DNA from: an uncultured Gammaproteobacteria bacterium
GTDB lineage: Bacteria; Patescibacteriota; Patescibacteriia; UBA1558; 2-01-FULL-52-15
NCBI GenBank assembly: GCA_964441335.1
Contig: CAYTUI010000001.1
Coordinates: forward strand, 961-64,960
Direction of reading: 5' to 3'
Length of the DNA stretch: 64,000 nt
Shown: one piece after another, positions 7,788 to 16,795 of the stretch
Numbering within the stretch: the stretch's first letter is position 1
How the letters are laid out: each line of letters starts with the position of its first letter
The notes under the pieces: generated by a model
Seen by the model: only the letters and a program-made list of their open reading frames with translations
Told to the model about the DNA's origin: nothing
Databases searched by the model: none
Made by a program: the position numbers and the translations under genes

Positions 7788-8156
7788 TTACTGACGGTTT
7801 GTTTTATAAATAAAATTCTCGTCCAGATACTCTTTGAGGATAGTTCGTTGGCAGTGCTGTGACTGCTTGGCATGGCCGACTAAAGTTATATTTTCATTTT
7901 CGGCCGCTTGGGCAATTTGCTCCAGAATATTTTGAATTCGCGGTTTTTTAAGTCTTTCTAAATACTGTTGCCGGAAATAATCCCAGTCAAATTTCTGACC
8001 GTGCCAATTTTTTATTAACTCCAACTCACTGCCGAGTTCCGGAAACCACATGTCAACAATATTACGCTCGGCAAATTTTGGCCAAAAACAGCTGACTAGA
8101 ATTCTCTTGCCGTCAGTCGGTTCAATAGGGTCGTGAACTGATTTAGTTTTTATCAT
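7788..8156 (-). CDS. DUF488 family protein (YeaO-like)
   Basis: RILVSCFWPKF...W.PEL.PS..L...W.G....W..F...Y..EL pattern matches the E. coli YeaO/DUF488 family closely. Confidence 0.7.
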   Translation of the reverse strand: MIKTKSVHDPIEPTDGKRILVSCFWPKFAERNIVDMWFPELGSELELIKNWHGQKFDWDYFRQQYLERLKKPRIQNILEQIAQAAENENITLVGHAKQSQHCQRTILKEYLDENFIYKTNRQ

Positions 8157-8159
8157 GGA

Positions 8160-8460
8160 TTAGAAGATAGGGAATAGTAGATAGAAGATGGGGAATAGGA
8201 GATGGAAGGTAGGGGATGGAAGATAGAAGATTGGGGTTGCCCCTCGTTCTTAAGTTCTTTGGTTCTTTCGTTCTGTGTTCTTCGGTTCTTTTGTTTTTAC
8301 GTTCTTTAGTTTTTAGATTATAGGTATTAGGTTCCCTCGTTCTTACGTTCTTAAGTTATTTTGTTCTTCGGTTCTTCAGTTCTTAAGTTCTTTAGTCCCT
8401 CCGTTCTTCCGTTCTTTCGTTCTTCGTTCTTCAGTTTCCCCGTCCCTCTGGTAACAAATG
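8160..8460. repeat. Composite low-complexity intergenic element: AGAAGATAG/TAGTAG purine tract followed by about 30 degenerate GTTCTT(A/C)(A/G) heptamer-like repeats
   Basis: Seen directly; the same two-part architecture recurs at 12500-12650. Confidence 0.7.
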
Positions 8461-9021
8461 CTTTGTAATACTGGCAACTGATAGAATTAAAGCCAGGTAG
8501 AAAATATAGAGCACTATTGTATTGTTAAACGTATTAGCGGGCATTATCAGCAACCACAGAACGCCTAAGGTTTGGAAGGCCATTTTATATTTACCGAATT
8601 TATTGGCACCCAAACTCCGGCGCTGACCGATTTTTTCAAAAAAAGGTTTAAGTAAAAATACCAAACAAACTAATAGTATCTCCAGACCGATGGTCGACCA
8701 GACTAACCAGAGTGGTAGAATTTTAATACCCAAGAAATAAAAAATCGGCAACACCATTACCTTGTCTGCAAAAGGGTCTAAAAGTTTGCCGTTGATAGTC
8801 GTTTGACCTCTAAGCCTAGCCAATGGTCCGTCAAGGTAATCTAGGGCGGCCATGATGAGGAATAATAAAATTGTGGTGAGATGAGCAGCGTAGATAACCG
8901 AAAATAACAAAGGGATGGTCATTACCAATCTAAGAACTGTCAGGTGCATCGGATGAACTCTGGTCGGAAAAGTAGAAACAATTTTTAAGGCCAGATTTTC
9001 TTTAAATTCAAAAAATGTCAT
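8431..9021 (-). CDS. CDP-alcohol phosphatidyltransferase (PgsA-like)
   Basis: D-x2-DG-x2-AR...G-x3-D-x3-D motif: DYLDGPLARLRGQTTINGKLLDPFADKV; multi-TM. Confidence 0.85.
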   Translation of the reverse strand: MTFFEFKENLALKIVSTFPTRVHPMHLTVLRLVMTIPLLFSVIYAAHLTTILLFLIMAALDYLDGPLARLRGQTTINGKLLDPFADKVMVLPIFYFLGIKILPLWLVWSTIGLEILLVCLVFLLKPFFEKIGQRRSLGANKFGKYKMAFQTLGVLWLLIMPANTFNNTIVLYIFYLALILSVASITKHLLPEGRGN

Positions 9022-9464
9022 AAAAATTTTTCAACCACCAAAGCGATAATTGTGGCGTAAATCCCGGCTAGAATGTCGTCGGCCATGATGCCAAATGTTT
9101 TGGGTAATGATTGCAGATAATTGATACCAACCCATTTAGTAATATCAAATAGTCTAAAAGCAATGAGACCCACCGCATATAACCAAATGTTTTGGGGTAG
9201 GAAAGTAACAACCAGTAGAGCACCGACGATTTCATCGGAGACGATAAAGTGAGGGTCTTGATAATTGTACTTGCTTCTGAACAGCTCGGTTGCTGGCCAT
9301 AGTATTAACAAACTAACAATGAAAATTAACGCTCGCCAGGTAATGTCCAAAGGACTGACAAATAAATAGGCCAAAATGAAAATTATTAGGCTGGTAATCG
9401 TGCCGGAAGCGGCCAGATAGCCCAAACCGAAAAAGGTGCTTAATAGTTTGCTAATTTTTAACAT
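9018..9464 (-). CDS. pgpA: Phosphatidylglycerophosphatase A (PgpA)
   Basis: FGLGY...G.T, DEIVG, FRLFDI, G.MADDILAG motifs characteristic of PgpA. Confidence 0.8.
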   Translation of the reverse strand: MLKISKLLSTFFGLGYLAASGTITSLIIFILAYLFVSPLDITWRALIFIVSLLILWPATELFRSKYNYQDPHFIVSDEIVGALLVVTFLPQNIWLYAVGLIAFRLFDITKWVGINYLQSLPKTFGIMADDILAGIYATIIALVVEKFL

Positions 9465-10338
9465 GGCGGTTGGTGATTATTGGTAAAGCTTGTTTAATGA
9501 TCTCTATATTGAGTGATTTCTGATTGTCTTCTAAATAATCTCCGTCAACTTGAACCTTATCGTCGGTTTCCAGACGGATGACGAAATGCCTACCTTCTAT
9601 GATAGATAAATGACGAGGTGGGCTATCATGAAAATAATAATAGTAGGTAGCTTCAATAAAGCTGAAAAAATTTTTATTGGTGGCCACGGTTAATTCAAAT
9701 TTTCCGTCCTGCAAATCGCTGTTACGCTTTGGCTCAAAGCCAAAAAGTCTGGAGGTGTTGACGACAAATAGACTGTTGCCCTGTCGCTGATAATCCTGAC
9801 CGTCCACAGTAAAACTAAAATTATATTGGGGCATTCTGGTTTTCCAAAGGAAACTCATTAAATAAGCCATAAAACCGAAAGATCTTTTTAGTTTTTGTTC
9901 GGCAGCCACAACTCTTTCCGATAAATAACCGATTGCAAAAGCCTCTAAGAAGTAATCTCTTTTGTTGATTAAGCCCACATCAATGTATTCTATGTTGCCC
10001 TCGTTAATAACCTCAAGAGCCTGATGGAGTGATCGGGGAATATAAAGACTTTGGGCCAGCACGTTTGCCGAGCCGGTAGGTAGTATTCCGATGGGGATAT
10101 TAAGCTTATTTTTTAGTATGAATTCTGCTACCCGGCGAATAGTTCCGTCGCCACCGGCGATAATAATAAGGTCGTATTTATAATCTTTGGCTAAAGGTTT
10201 GACGTTCAGAAAATTTTCAAAGTTTTTAAAATACAGCTGGTATTTGGATCGTTTAAGATTCTTTTTGATGGTTGGCAAAAGTCTGGAGCGGCGTCTGCGC
10301 CCGGCGGCTAAATTATAAATGACTAAAACTTTTTTCAT
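9451..10338 (-). CDS. Diacylglycerol/lipid kinase, catalytic-domain family (YegS/BmrU-like)
   Basis: VLVIYNLAAG..., IIAGGDGT, GILPTGSANVLA motifs of DAGK_cat lipid kinases. Confidence 0.8.
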   Translation of the reverse strand: MKKVLVIYNLAAGRRRRSRLLPTIKKNLKRSKYQLYFKNFENFLNVKPLAKDYKYDLIIIAGGDGTIRRVAEFILKNKLNIPIGILPTGSANVLAQSLYIPRSLHQALEVINEGNIEYIDVGLINKRDYFLEAFAIGYLSERVVAAEQKLKRSFGFMAYLMSFLWKTRMPQYNFSFTVDGQDYQRQGNSLFVVNTSRLFGFEPKRNSDLQDGKFELTVATNKNFFSFIEATYYYYFHDSPPRHLSIIEGRHFVIRLETDDKVQVDGDYLEDNQKSLNIEIIKQALPIITNRHVKN

Positions 10339-10339
10339 A

Positions 10340-10903
10340 TTACCACCAGACTTTTTTTATTTTGAAATAATAGCCGATTAAGTTAGAGACTGGATGAACC
10401 GCCAAAGTTATAATAACAGCCGCCCAGACAATTTCCGGAGTCCAGACGACTAATAGCCAGGTTAGTAGAAAAAAACCAACAATAAAATCTAGTTGGTCAA
10501 ACACCGGCCAAGCATTGCCGGATGTAATTTTAACCCGTCTTTTAATAAAACTTTTAACTAAATCTCCGCCTAAAGCTCCTAGGCCAGCCAAAAATCCGAA
10601 CAGCAAATAATTCAGCTCCCAGTAGTTAATCAAGCGTATACTGTCCAGCCAGCCTATTTGCTGGAAAAATGTCTGTATAATAACTGTTATCATGGCTACC
10701 AGCACGCCAATTATTAATCCCCGCCAAGTTTTACCTTTGCCCAATAAATCCTGGCCGAAAAGTTTTAATCCACCGTCAATCGGTTTAGCCAGTTGTTTCC
10801 AATAGCCAAGACGTTGGACAATCACTGGCGCCATGTTTGCTAAATAAACGGGCAACAGTAAATAAATGGTGGCCAGAATCAGCAGTATGTCTAATGTCAT
10901 CAA
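10340..10903 (-). CDS. CarS/CdsA-like (DUF46) CTP-dependent cytidylyltransferase-family membrane protein
   Basis: Multi-TM protein with DGG..FG...GKGKTWRG and GGDL.KS.KRR motifs resembling CDP-archaeol/CDP-diglyceride synthase-like DUF46 proteins. Confidence 0.5.
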   Translation of the reverse strand: MMTLDILLILATIYLLLPVYLANMAPVIVQRLGYWKQLAKPIDGGLKLFGQDLLGKGKTWRGLIIGVLVAMITVIIQTFFQQIGWLDSIRLINYWELNYLLFGFLAGLGALGGDLVKSFIKRRVKITSGNAWPVFDQLDFIVGFFLLTWLLVVWTPEIVWAAVIITLAVHPVSNLIGYYFKIKKVWW

Positions 10904-11982
10904 GCGTTTTTTAAAATTCTTAAAGTTTCAGCGGCTGTTTTTTCCCAGCGGAATTCTTGGCTACGTTTCAGTCCCTTGGTAATAAGGTCGGTCTGTAGGT
11001 TTTTGTCATAGTATAGTTTATTTATCGCCTCAACAACCTCGGGAATATTATTGGCGTCAACCAGTAGGGCGGCGTCCCCGGCAATTTCTGGCATACTGGC
11101 GGCACGATTGGTAATAATGGCTGTTTGGCAGGCCATAGCCTCAATTAAGCCAAAACAAAAGCCTTCATATTTTGCCAAATGGATATAAATAGCCGCTTCG
11201 GATATAAGTTTATATTTTTCTTCTTCATTAATCCAGCCGTGACGAATAACCTTTTCTTCCAGCCGAAACTGTTTGATCAGATTTTCAGCTTCTTGCCAGC
11301 CGCGGCTAGGATAACCGACTAAGTGTAAACTTATTCTTTTGCCCCAGCTAGTCTTTTGCATAGCCGCAAAAATCCTGATGAGTTGAGCAATATTTTTTTT
11401 ACTTTCCAGCCGCCCGACAAACAGCAGATAATTTTTTTTCTGTTTTGACGCTGGAGGAATTTTTTCGGGATTACTTAAACCAAGATAAGTTACCTGAATT
11501 TTGTCGGCGGCAATTTGATAGTACTTGATAATTTCGCTTTTAGAAAATTGTGAAACAGTGATAATTTGGCTACAAAATTTTTTGGCCCACTTAGCAGATA
11601 ATCTTTGGTAAGCTCGCCCCTTCCACGACAGATCGTTTTTATACGCTTCATAGGCCACGTCGTGCAGAGTGGTAACGGTTCTTTTGGGGGAGATGATAGG
11701 GATAATTGAAGCCGGGATAAATAAGACGTCAGGAGGGTTAAACAGCATTTCTAAAGACAGGCGAACTTGCGTCCAGAGATATTTAAAGGGCCAATATAGT
11801 CGGCGATATTCCACATTAGGACCCAAGTTCAGCAGTTCGGTTTCAGGAGCGCTATTGAAATAAAGCCTAAAAGTTATAGTTGGATCCAGTTTGGGCAGTT
11901 CCTTGATTAAAAAAAAGGAGTACCATTCTACCCCGGTTTTTTGTGGTTTGTTGGCCCTGGTCGCATCAATGCCTATAATCAT
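10900..11982 (-). CDS. Family GT4 glycosyltransferase
   Basis: C-terminal EX7E-type motif (YEGFCFGLIEAMACQTAII) and GT-B fold pattern. Confidence 0.85.
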   Translation of the reverse strand: MIIGIDATRANKPQKTGVEWYSFFLIKELPKLDPTITFRLYFNSAPETELLNLGPNVEYRRLYWPFKYLWTQVRLSLEMLFNPPDVLFIPASIIPIISPKRTVTTLHDVAYEAYKNDLSWKGRAYQRLSAKWAKKFCSQIITVSQFSKSEIIKYYQIAADKIQVTYLGLSNPEKIPPASKQKKNYLLFVGRLESKKNIAQLIRIFAAMQKTSWGKRISLHLVGYPSRGWQEAENLIKQFRLEEKVIRHGWINEEEKYKLISEAAIYIHLAKYEGFCFGLIEAMACQTAIITNRAASMPEIAGDAALLVDANNIPEVVEAINKLYYDKNLQTDLITKGLKRSQEFRWEKTAAETLRILKNA

Positions 11983-12348
11983 AATGAGGGTATTTTAGCA
12001 GACTATGGCTATAAAATGAAGCGTCCACAGATTGACAGCAGAGCATATTTTTAGTATCTTAACAACGTTATTTTGTTGCCGCTGTGTCCCTCGACTTCGC
12101 CATCAGCCATTGGCTGATCGGGACAAGCGGACGTAACGTACATGATAATAGTAAGTTTGTAAGTTAGCAGTATTATTGATATTTGATGCCGCTGTGGCGG
12201 AACCCCACTTCACTGAAGTTTCGTGGGGCAGGTTGGCAGACTCCGTATCGCTAAAGCTTTGCGGGATAGGCGTGCACGACTCTTGTCAGAGGCGAATAGG
12301 CAAAATCGCGCCTTGATAAGTGTATTATGTAAATTGTTATCATTTGTT

Positions 12349-12435
12349 GCCGCGGTGGCGGAACTGGTAGACGCGTAGGTCTCAAAAACCTATAGGAGTT
12401 CTCCTGTGAGAGTTCGAGTCTCTCCCGCGGCACCA
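12349..12435 (+). tRNA. tRNA-Leu (anticodon CAA), type II, CCA encoded
   Basis: GCCGCGG-TG-GCG..CGC, anticodon stem TAGGT/ACCTA with loop CTCAAAA, long variable arm, T-arm GAGAG-TTCGAGT-CTCTC, 3' CCGCGGCACCA. Confidence 0.8.
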
Positions 12436-12499
12436 AATGGAAGTAATATACACAGGTTCGCCTGCCCGCCGTAGCTTTAGCGTAGGCGGGACCCCGACC

Positions 12500-12650
12500 A
12501 GCGGCACCATTTAGTTAGTAGCTAGTAGTTAGTAGTCAGTAGCTTGCAGCCAGTAGCTTATGGAGTAGAGCTCGTAGTCCTTAAGTTCGTCAGTTCTTAA
12601 GTTCATCGGTTCATAGGTTATTAAGCATTAAGACTTAATACTTAATTATT
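12500..12650. repeat. Composite GTAG-rich (AGTTAGTAGCTAGTAG...) then GTTCTTAAGTTC-rich low-complexity tract
   Basis: Seen directly; same architecture as 8160-8460. Confidence 0.7.
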
Positions 12651-12656
12651 ATAATC

Positions 12657-13073
12657 ATGGATATTAAACTCTGGGTGGCTACTAAAGCTTTTATTGTTTA
12701 TCAGGGCAAGCTTTTGGTTATTAGGGAATCGTCAAAATATAGTGACGGAACTCAAACGGGTAAGTACGGAGAAGTGGGCGGACGGGTGACGCCTGGTGAG
12801 AATTTTCGCGACAGTTTAATCAGAGAGGTAAAAGAAGAAACTGGTCTTGATATTAAAATTGGTAAACCATTTTTCGTCAACGAATGGCGGCCGGTCGTCA
12901 GAGGGGAGCAATGGCAAATAGTAGGGATTTTTTTTGAATGCTTTGCCGATACTGATGAAGTTGTTTTAAGCGAGGATCATGATGATTACAAATGGATTGA
13001 GCCGGCTAACTGGCAAAACGAAGGAATGATTGAGAACTTACGGCCGGTTTTTGAAGCTTATTTAAAGAAATAG
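12657..13073 (+). CDS. NUDIX hydrolase
   Basis: Nudix box GGRVTPGENFRDSLIREVKEETGL (GX5EX7REVXEETG). Confidence 0.85.
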   Translation: MDIKLWVATKAFIVYQGKLLVIRESSKYSDGTQTGKYGEVGGRVTPGENFRDSLIREVKEETGLDIKIGKPFFVNEWRPVVRGEQWQIVGIFFECFADTDEVVLSEDHDDYKWIEPANWQNEGMIENLRPVFEAYLKK

Positions 13074-13176
13074 ATAAATACCATTTCAGGTTAGATTAAA
13101 AGAACAAATTATTGCTGAACTTGTCAAAATTATTGGACATGGTATACTATGCAGTGTAGTAGAAAATAAGAGATAT

Positions 13177-13563
13177 ATGGCAAAAAACAGTATAAAAATA
13201 TTTGGCGATTTGGAAGCAGAAATAATGGAAATCGTCTGGAAATCTGGCTCGGCATCAGTCAGGGATGTTCTATTGGCTTTAGAGAAAAGAAGAAAAATCG
13301 CCTATACCACCGTGATGACTGTTATGGCCAGGCTGTATGAGAAGGGCATTTTAAAACGCAAGATGGATGCTTGTAATGCTTTTATATATTTACCGACTCA
13401 AGGTAAACAGGCTTTTATGCAAAAAGCCTCTGAGAAAATAATCAAGGGATTCTTGAAGGAATACGGTGATGTTGCTGTAGCTCAATTTGTGGGTATAATT
13501 GAAACATCGGATGCTAAACATTCCGACGAATGGAAAAGAAAATTGAGAGGTCTGATTAAATAA
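13177..13563 (+). CDS. BlaI/MecI/CopY-family winged-helix transcriptional repressor
   Basis: N-terminal E.EIMEIVW..G..SVRDV........AYTTVMT...RL..KG pattern of the penicillinase-repressor/CopY family; paired with M56 gene downstream. Confidence 0.8.
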   Translation: MAKNSIKIFGDLEAEIMEIVWKSGSASVRDVLLALEKRRKIAYTTVMTVMARLYEKGILKRKMDACNAFIYLPTQGKQAFMQKASEKIIKGFLKEYGDVAVAQFVGIIETSDAKHSDEWKRKLRGLIK

Positions 13564-13567
13564 TATT

Positions 13568-14629
13568 ATGCAACGATCTTTTGCGCAGAAAGCCAATCTG
13601 ACATTTGTAGAAATTATAGCTATTGTTTTAAGCACAGTTGGCGTGGTTATTTTTTTATTTTGGGAAATTTATCAAAGAGTTTATTTATATGGTGGTGTCT
13701 TAATTCATAAATTACTAACCGCCTGTGGTTGTACGCAGATGGCCCAGTTAATTGCTATGCACCCATTAATATTTATTGCTGTAATTACTCTCGGTTTGGT
13801 CATTATGACCTATTTATTTTATACAGTTTATCGATTAATAAAATTAATTATTCAGACAAGAAGGTTTGTATCTTTATATTTAAAACGGGCAAAAGACCAA
13901 CACTCAACAAAATTGCGCGATGTTGTAGCTGGTTTAAATATTGATGCATCCAAGGTCATTGAAATTAGAGATGTTAGGACAGTGGTGTTTTGTTTTGGTC
14001 TTTGGCGTCCCAAAGTATGTATTTCTAGCGGTTTGATAAAAATGCTGGACAAAGGCGAGTTAGAAGCTGTTTTACTACACGAATATCATCACTTGATTTC
14101 CAGGGAGCCTGTTAAAATGTTTGCTATAAAATATTTTCAAAGTATTTTCTTCTTTTTACCGGGAATAAAAGCTGGTGTAAATAAGTATCTGACATATTCA
14201 GAATTAGCTGCTGATGAACGGGCGACGAATAATTTTCTTGATAAATTGAAGTTGGCCAGAGCTTTATACAAAATATCTGAAAAAGAGGAGAACTTACTTT
14301 TGCGAACTGGCTTGGCCTTATCTTTTTTCAGTTCCGTTATTGGGGTACGGGTTAGTAAGCTTTCAAATAATGACTACGTGCCTAATTTTAAATTGCAGGT
14401 CACGAGGTTTTATACGGGGTTAGGTATAGCAATCGTGGTTCTTTTGGGTATGATGTTATTTTTAACAGATAGCTCAAAAGCGTTCGCCATGCATGACACG
14501 GGCAGTTGTATTTCAAATATCAACGGAACTCAAAATAACGGCTTGGTTTGCGATGATAATACTCAGCAATCAGCCGGCTTAAATGAAGGCAATTACTCGG
14601 CAGCGTTAACCAACTGTAAAATGAAGTAA
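13568..14629 (+). CDS. BlaR1/M56-family membrane zinc-peptidase (signal transducer/antirepressor-like) without a recognisable sensor domain
   Basis: HEXXH (LLHEYHHLISREP) in a multi-TM context following a BlaI-like gene. Confidence 0.7.
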   Translation: MQRSFAQKANLTFVEIIAIVLSTVGVVIFLFWEIYQRVYLYGGVLIHKLLTACGCTQMAQLIAMHPLIFIAVITLGLVIMTYLFYTVYRLIKLIIQTRRFVSLYLKRAKDQHSTKLRDVVAGLNIDASKVIEIRDVRTVVFCFGLWRPKVCISSGLIKMLDKGELEAVLLHEYHHLISREPVKMFAIKYFQSIFFFLPGIKAGVNKYLTYSELAADERATNNFLDKLKLARALYKISEKEENLLLRTGLALSFFSSVIGVRVSKLSNNDYVPNFKLQVTRFYTGLGIAIVVLLGMMLFLTDSSKAFAMHDTGSCISNINGTQNNGLVCDDNTQQSAGLNEGNYSAALTNCKMK

Positions 14630-14796
14630 AGGTGGTTGTGGATAACCGGGGCTGGACAAAATATATAAACCCTACTATACTGTGTAGTAGGGTTTATTAA
14701 TTAACCATAAAATACTAATTTAAAGGCTTTTTGCGAGTTATTCAATGTTAACATCAGTAAAATATTTAATTTCATTAAACTAACTAAGAATTATTT

Positions 14797-16563
14797 ATGA
14801 GTAAAATTACAGTTCCTATAAAGGGCATGCACTGCCGGTCGTGTGAGATACTAATTGAGAATAATCTACATAACGTACCGGGTGTAAAAAAAGTTGAGGT
14901 AAGTCATAAAACTGGCAGAGCTGATATTTTTTATCACCATGAATTGCCGGCTGGAGATTTGATTGATCACGCTGTCCAAAACGCCGGTTATAGTATCGGG
15001 AAGAAAGATAAATTGGCTTGGCTTTCAAGAGACAGAAATGATTATCTCAATTTGCTCAAAGGAGCGGCAATTTTATTAATTCTGTATATTGCTGCCGAAC
15101 GTTTCGGTTTATTTAGTTTGGGGGTTAATACGCAAAGCACAAGTTTGTTTGTTGCCTTGATTGTTGGTTTGGTTGCGGGAATTTCCACTTGTATGGCTCT
15201 GGTCGGCGGATTGGTATTGAGTCTATCTGCGCGTCATGCTGAATTGCATCCAGAAATTTCCACAAAACAAAAATTTGTGCCGCACCTGTACTTCAATTTA
15301 GGCAGAATATTAGGCTTTGCTTTTTTAGGAGGCGTTATTGGGTTGGTTGGCTCCGTGGCCAGACCATCAACTGGCGTGCTTGGTTTTATGACCATAATCA
15401 TAGGTGGCGTGATGATTTTCTTGGGACTCAAGTTAGTTGAAATATTCCCGATATTAAAAGATAAATCCATATCTTTACCTAAGAGTATCTCAAAATTTTT
15501 TGGCTTAGGTCGGGAGCAAAAAGAGTATAGCCATAAAAATTCAGTTATCACAGGCGCCTTAACATTTTTCCTGCCTTGCGGTTTTACTCAAGCTATGCAG
15601 TTATACGCTGTTTCTACAGGTAGTTTTGGAAAGGGTGCATTGATTATGGGATTATTTGCTTTAGGAACCGCACCTGGATTACTCGGGGTTGGTGGTTTGG
15701 CCTCGGTCTTTAAGGGTAAAAAAGCTAAAGTATTTTTTGCTGGCACTGGGTTAGCGGTTATGTTGTTGGGTTGGTTTAATGTTGCCAATGGTAGCCAGTT
15801 GTTTTTTCAGGGCAGAACACAAGCCAATGTGGGCGTAGCTAATTCCACGGGAGTTCAGGAAGTTAAAATGGCTCAAGGCAGTTCAGGTTATTCGCCCAAT
15901 GTATTTACAGTAGAAAAAGGTAAAAAGGTAAGATGGATCATTACCTCGACTAATCAATTTACCTGTGCCAGCTCACTTGTTATGCCAAAATATGGCATTA
16001 ATAAAGGTCTGCAAAAAGGTGAAAATATTATTGAATTTGTGCCGACAGAGGTTGGGGAGATTGCTTTTTCCTGTTCAATGGGCATGTATCGGGGGAAATT
16101 TATAGTGGTTGAATCAGGTCAGGTGGGCTCTGCTGGTAAAAATTTGGCAGTTGCGCCAAGTGCTAACCTGCCCGCAGGTGGCGGGTGCGGTGGTGGAGGC
16201 GGAGGAGGGGGCTGTGGCGGGTGCGGTGGTGGTGCAAAAAAACCTTTAGATGCGGTTTCAACCAACGCCAAAGAGAACGCGACCGGTGAACAAGTAATAC
16301 AGTCGGAATATACTTTAGCCAAAGATATCGTGCCCAATAAATTTACAGTGAAAAAGGGTCAACCGGTTAGGTTTGAAGTTAACGTTAAGGAAAACGGGCG
16401 GGGTTGTATGAGTACGATTATGATACCAAACTTGGTTAATGACCCTCAGTATTTGCAGGGTGGGACAAAAATCGCCCTGACTTTTACGCCGGATAAAGCT
16501 GGGGACTATAATATTACTTGTGCTATGGGAGTGCCTCGAGGCGTAATTACCGTAACAAATTAA
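14797..16563 (+). CDS. HMA-domain fused to a DsbD_2/UreH-like polytopic permease with a Gly/Cys-rich linker and two C-terminal cupredoxin-like domains
   Basis: N-terminal GMHCRSCE (MxCxxC HMA); permease with conserved ISTCMA and FLPCGFTQAMQ cysteines; GGGCGGGGGGGGCGGCGGG linker; two ~90-aa domains with C....C.MG.Y/C.MGVPRG. Confidence 0.6.
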   Translation: MSKITVPIKGMHCRSCEILIENNLHNVPGVKKVEVSHKTGRADIFYHHELPAGDLIDHAVQNAGYSIGKKDKLAWLSRDRNDYLNLLKGAAILLILYIAAERFGLFSLGVNTQSTSLFVALIVGLVAGISTCMALVGGLVLSLSARHAELHPEISTKQKFVPHLYFNLGRILGFAFLGGVIGLVGSVARPSTGVLGFMTIIIGGVMIFLGLKLVEIFPILKDKSISLPKSISKFFGLGREQKEYSHKNSVITGALTFFLPCGFTQAMQLYAVSTGSFGKGALIMGLFALGTAPGLLGVGGLASVFKGKKAKVFFAGTGLAVMLLGWFNVANGSQLFFQGRTQANVGVANSTGVQEVKMAQGSSGYSPNVFTVEKGKKVRWIITSTNQFTCASSLVMPKYGINKGLQKGENIIEFVPTEVGEIAFSCSMGMYRGKFIVVESGQVGSAGKNLAVAPSANLPAGGGCGGGGGGGGCGGCGGGAKKPLDAVSTNAKENATGEQVIQSEYTLAKDIVPNKFTVKKGQPVRFEVNVKENGRGCMSTIMIPNLVNDPQYLQGGTKIALTFTPDKAGDYNITCAMGVPRGVITVTN

Positions 16564-16573
16564 AATAATCATT

Positions 16574-16777
16574 ATGCAAATAAATTTTACAATTACCAAC
16601 ATCGACTGTGCGGCTTGTATTAAATTAAGCCAGACAGCGCTCAAAGGTTTGCCCGGGGTGCTAAGAGTGGAGGTAAAAAATAACGGTTTAGTGTTGATAG
16701 AGTCCGAACAGGATATTGCCTGGGAGGAAATCACTGAAGCCTTAGTTAAGGTCGGTAAAAACGCCAAACAAAATTAA
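16574..16777 (+). CDS. copZ: CopZ-like copper chaperone (HMA domain)
   Basis: 67 aa, NIDCAAC metal-binding motif. Confidence 0.8.
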   Translation: MQINFTITNIDCAACIKLSQTALKGLPGVLRVEVKNNGLVLIESEQDIAWEEITEALVKVGKNAKQN

Positions 16778-16795
16778 GTTACTATTAATAAATAT

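Noticed and set aside
12251-12436. 61-aa minus-strand ORF
   Set aside because: It lies entirely over tRNA-Leu and its flanks; translating a tRNA gene is an artefact.
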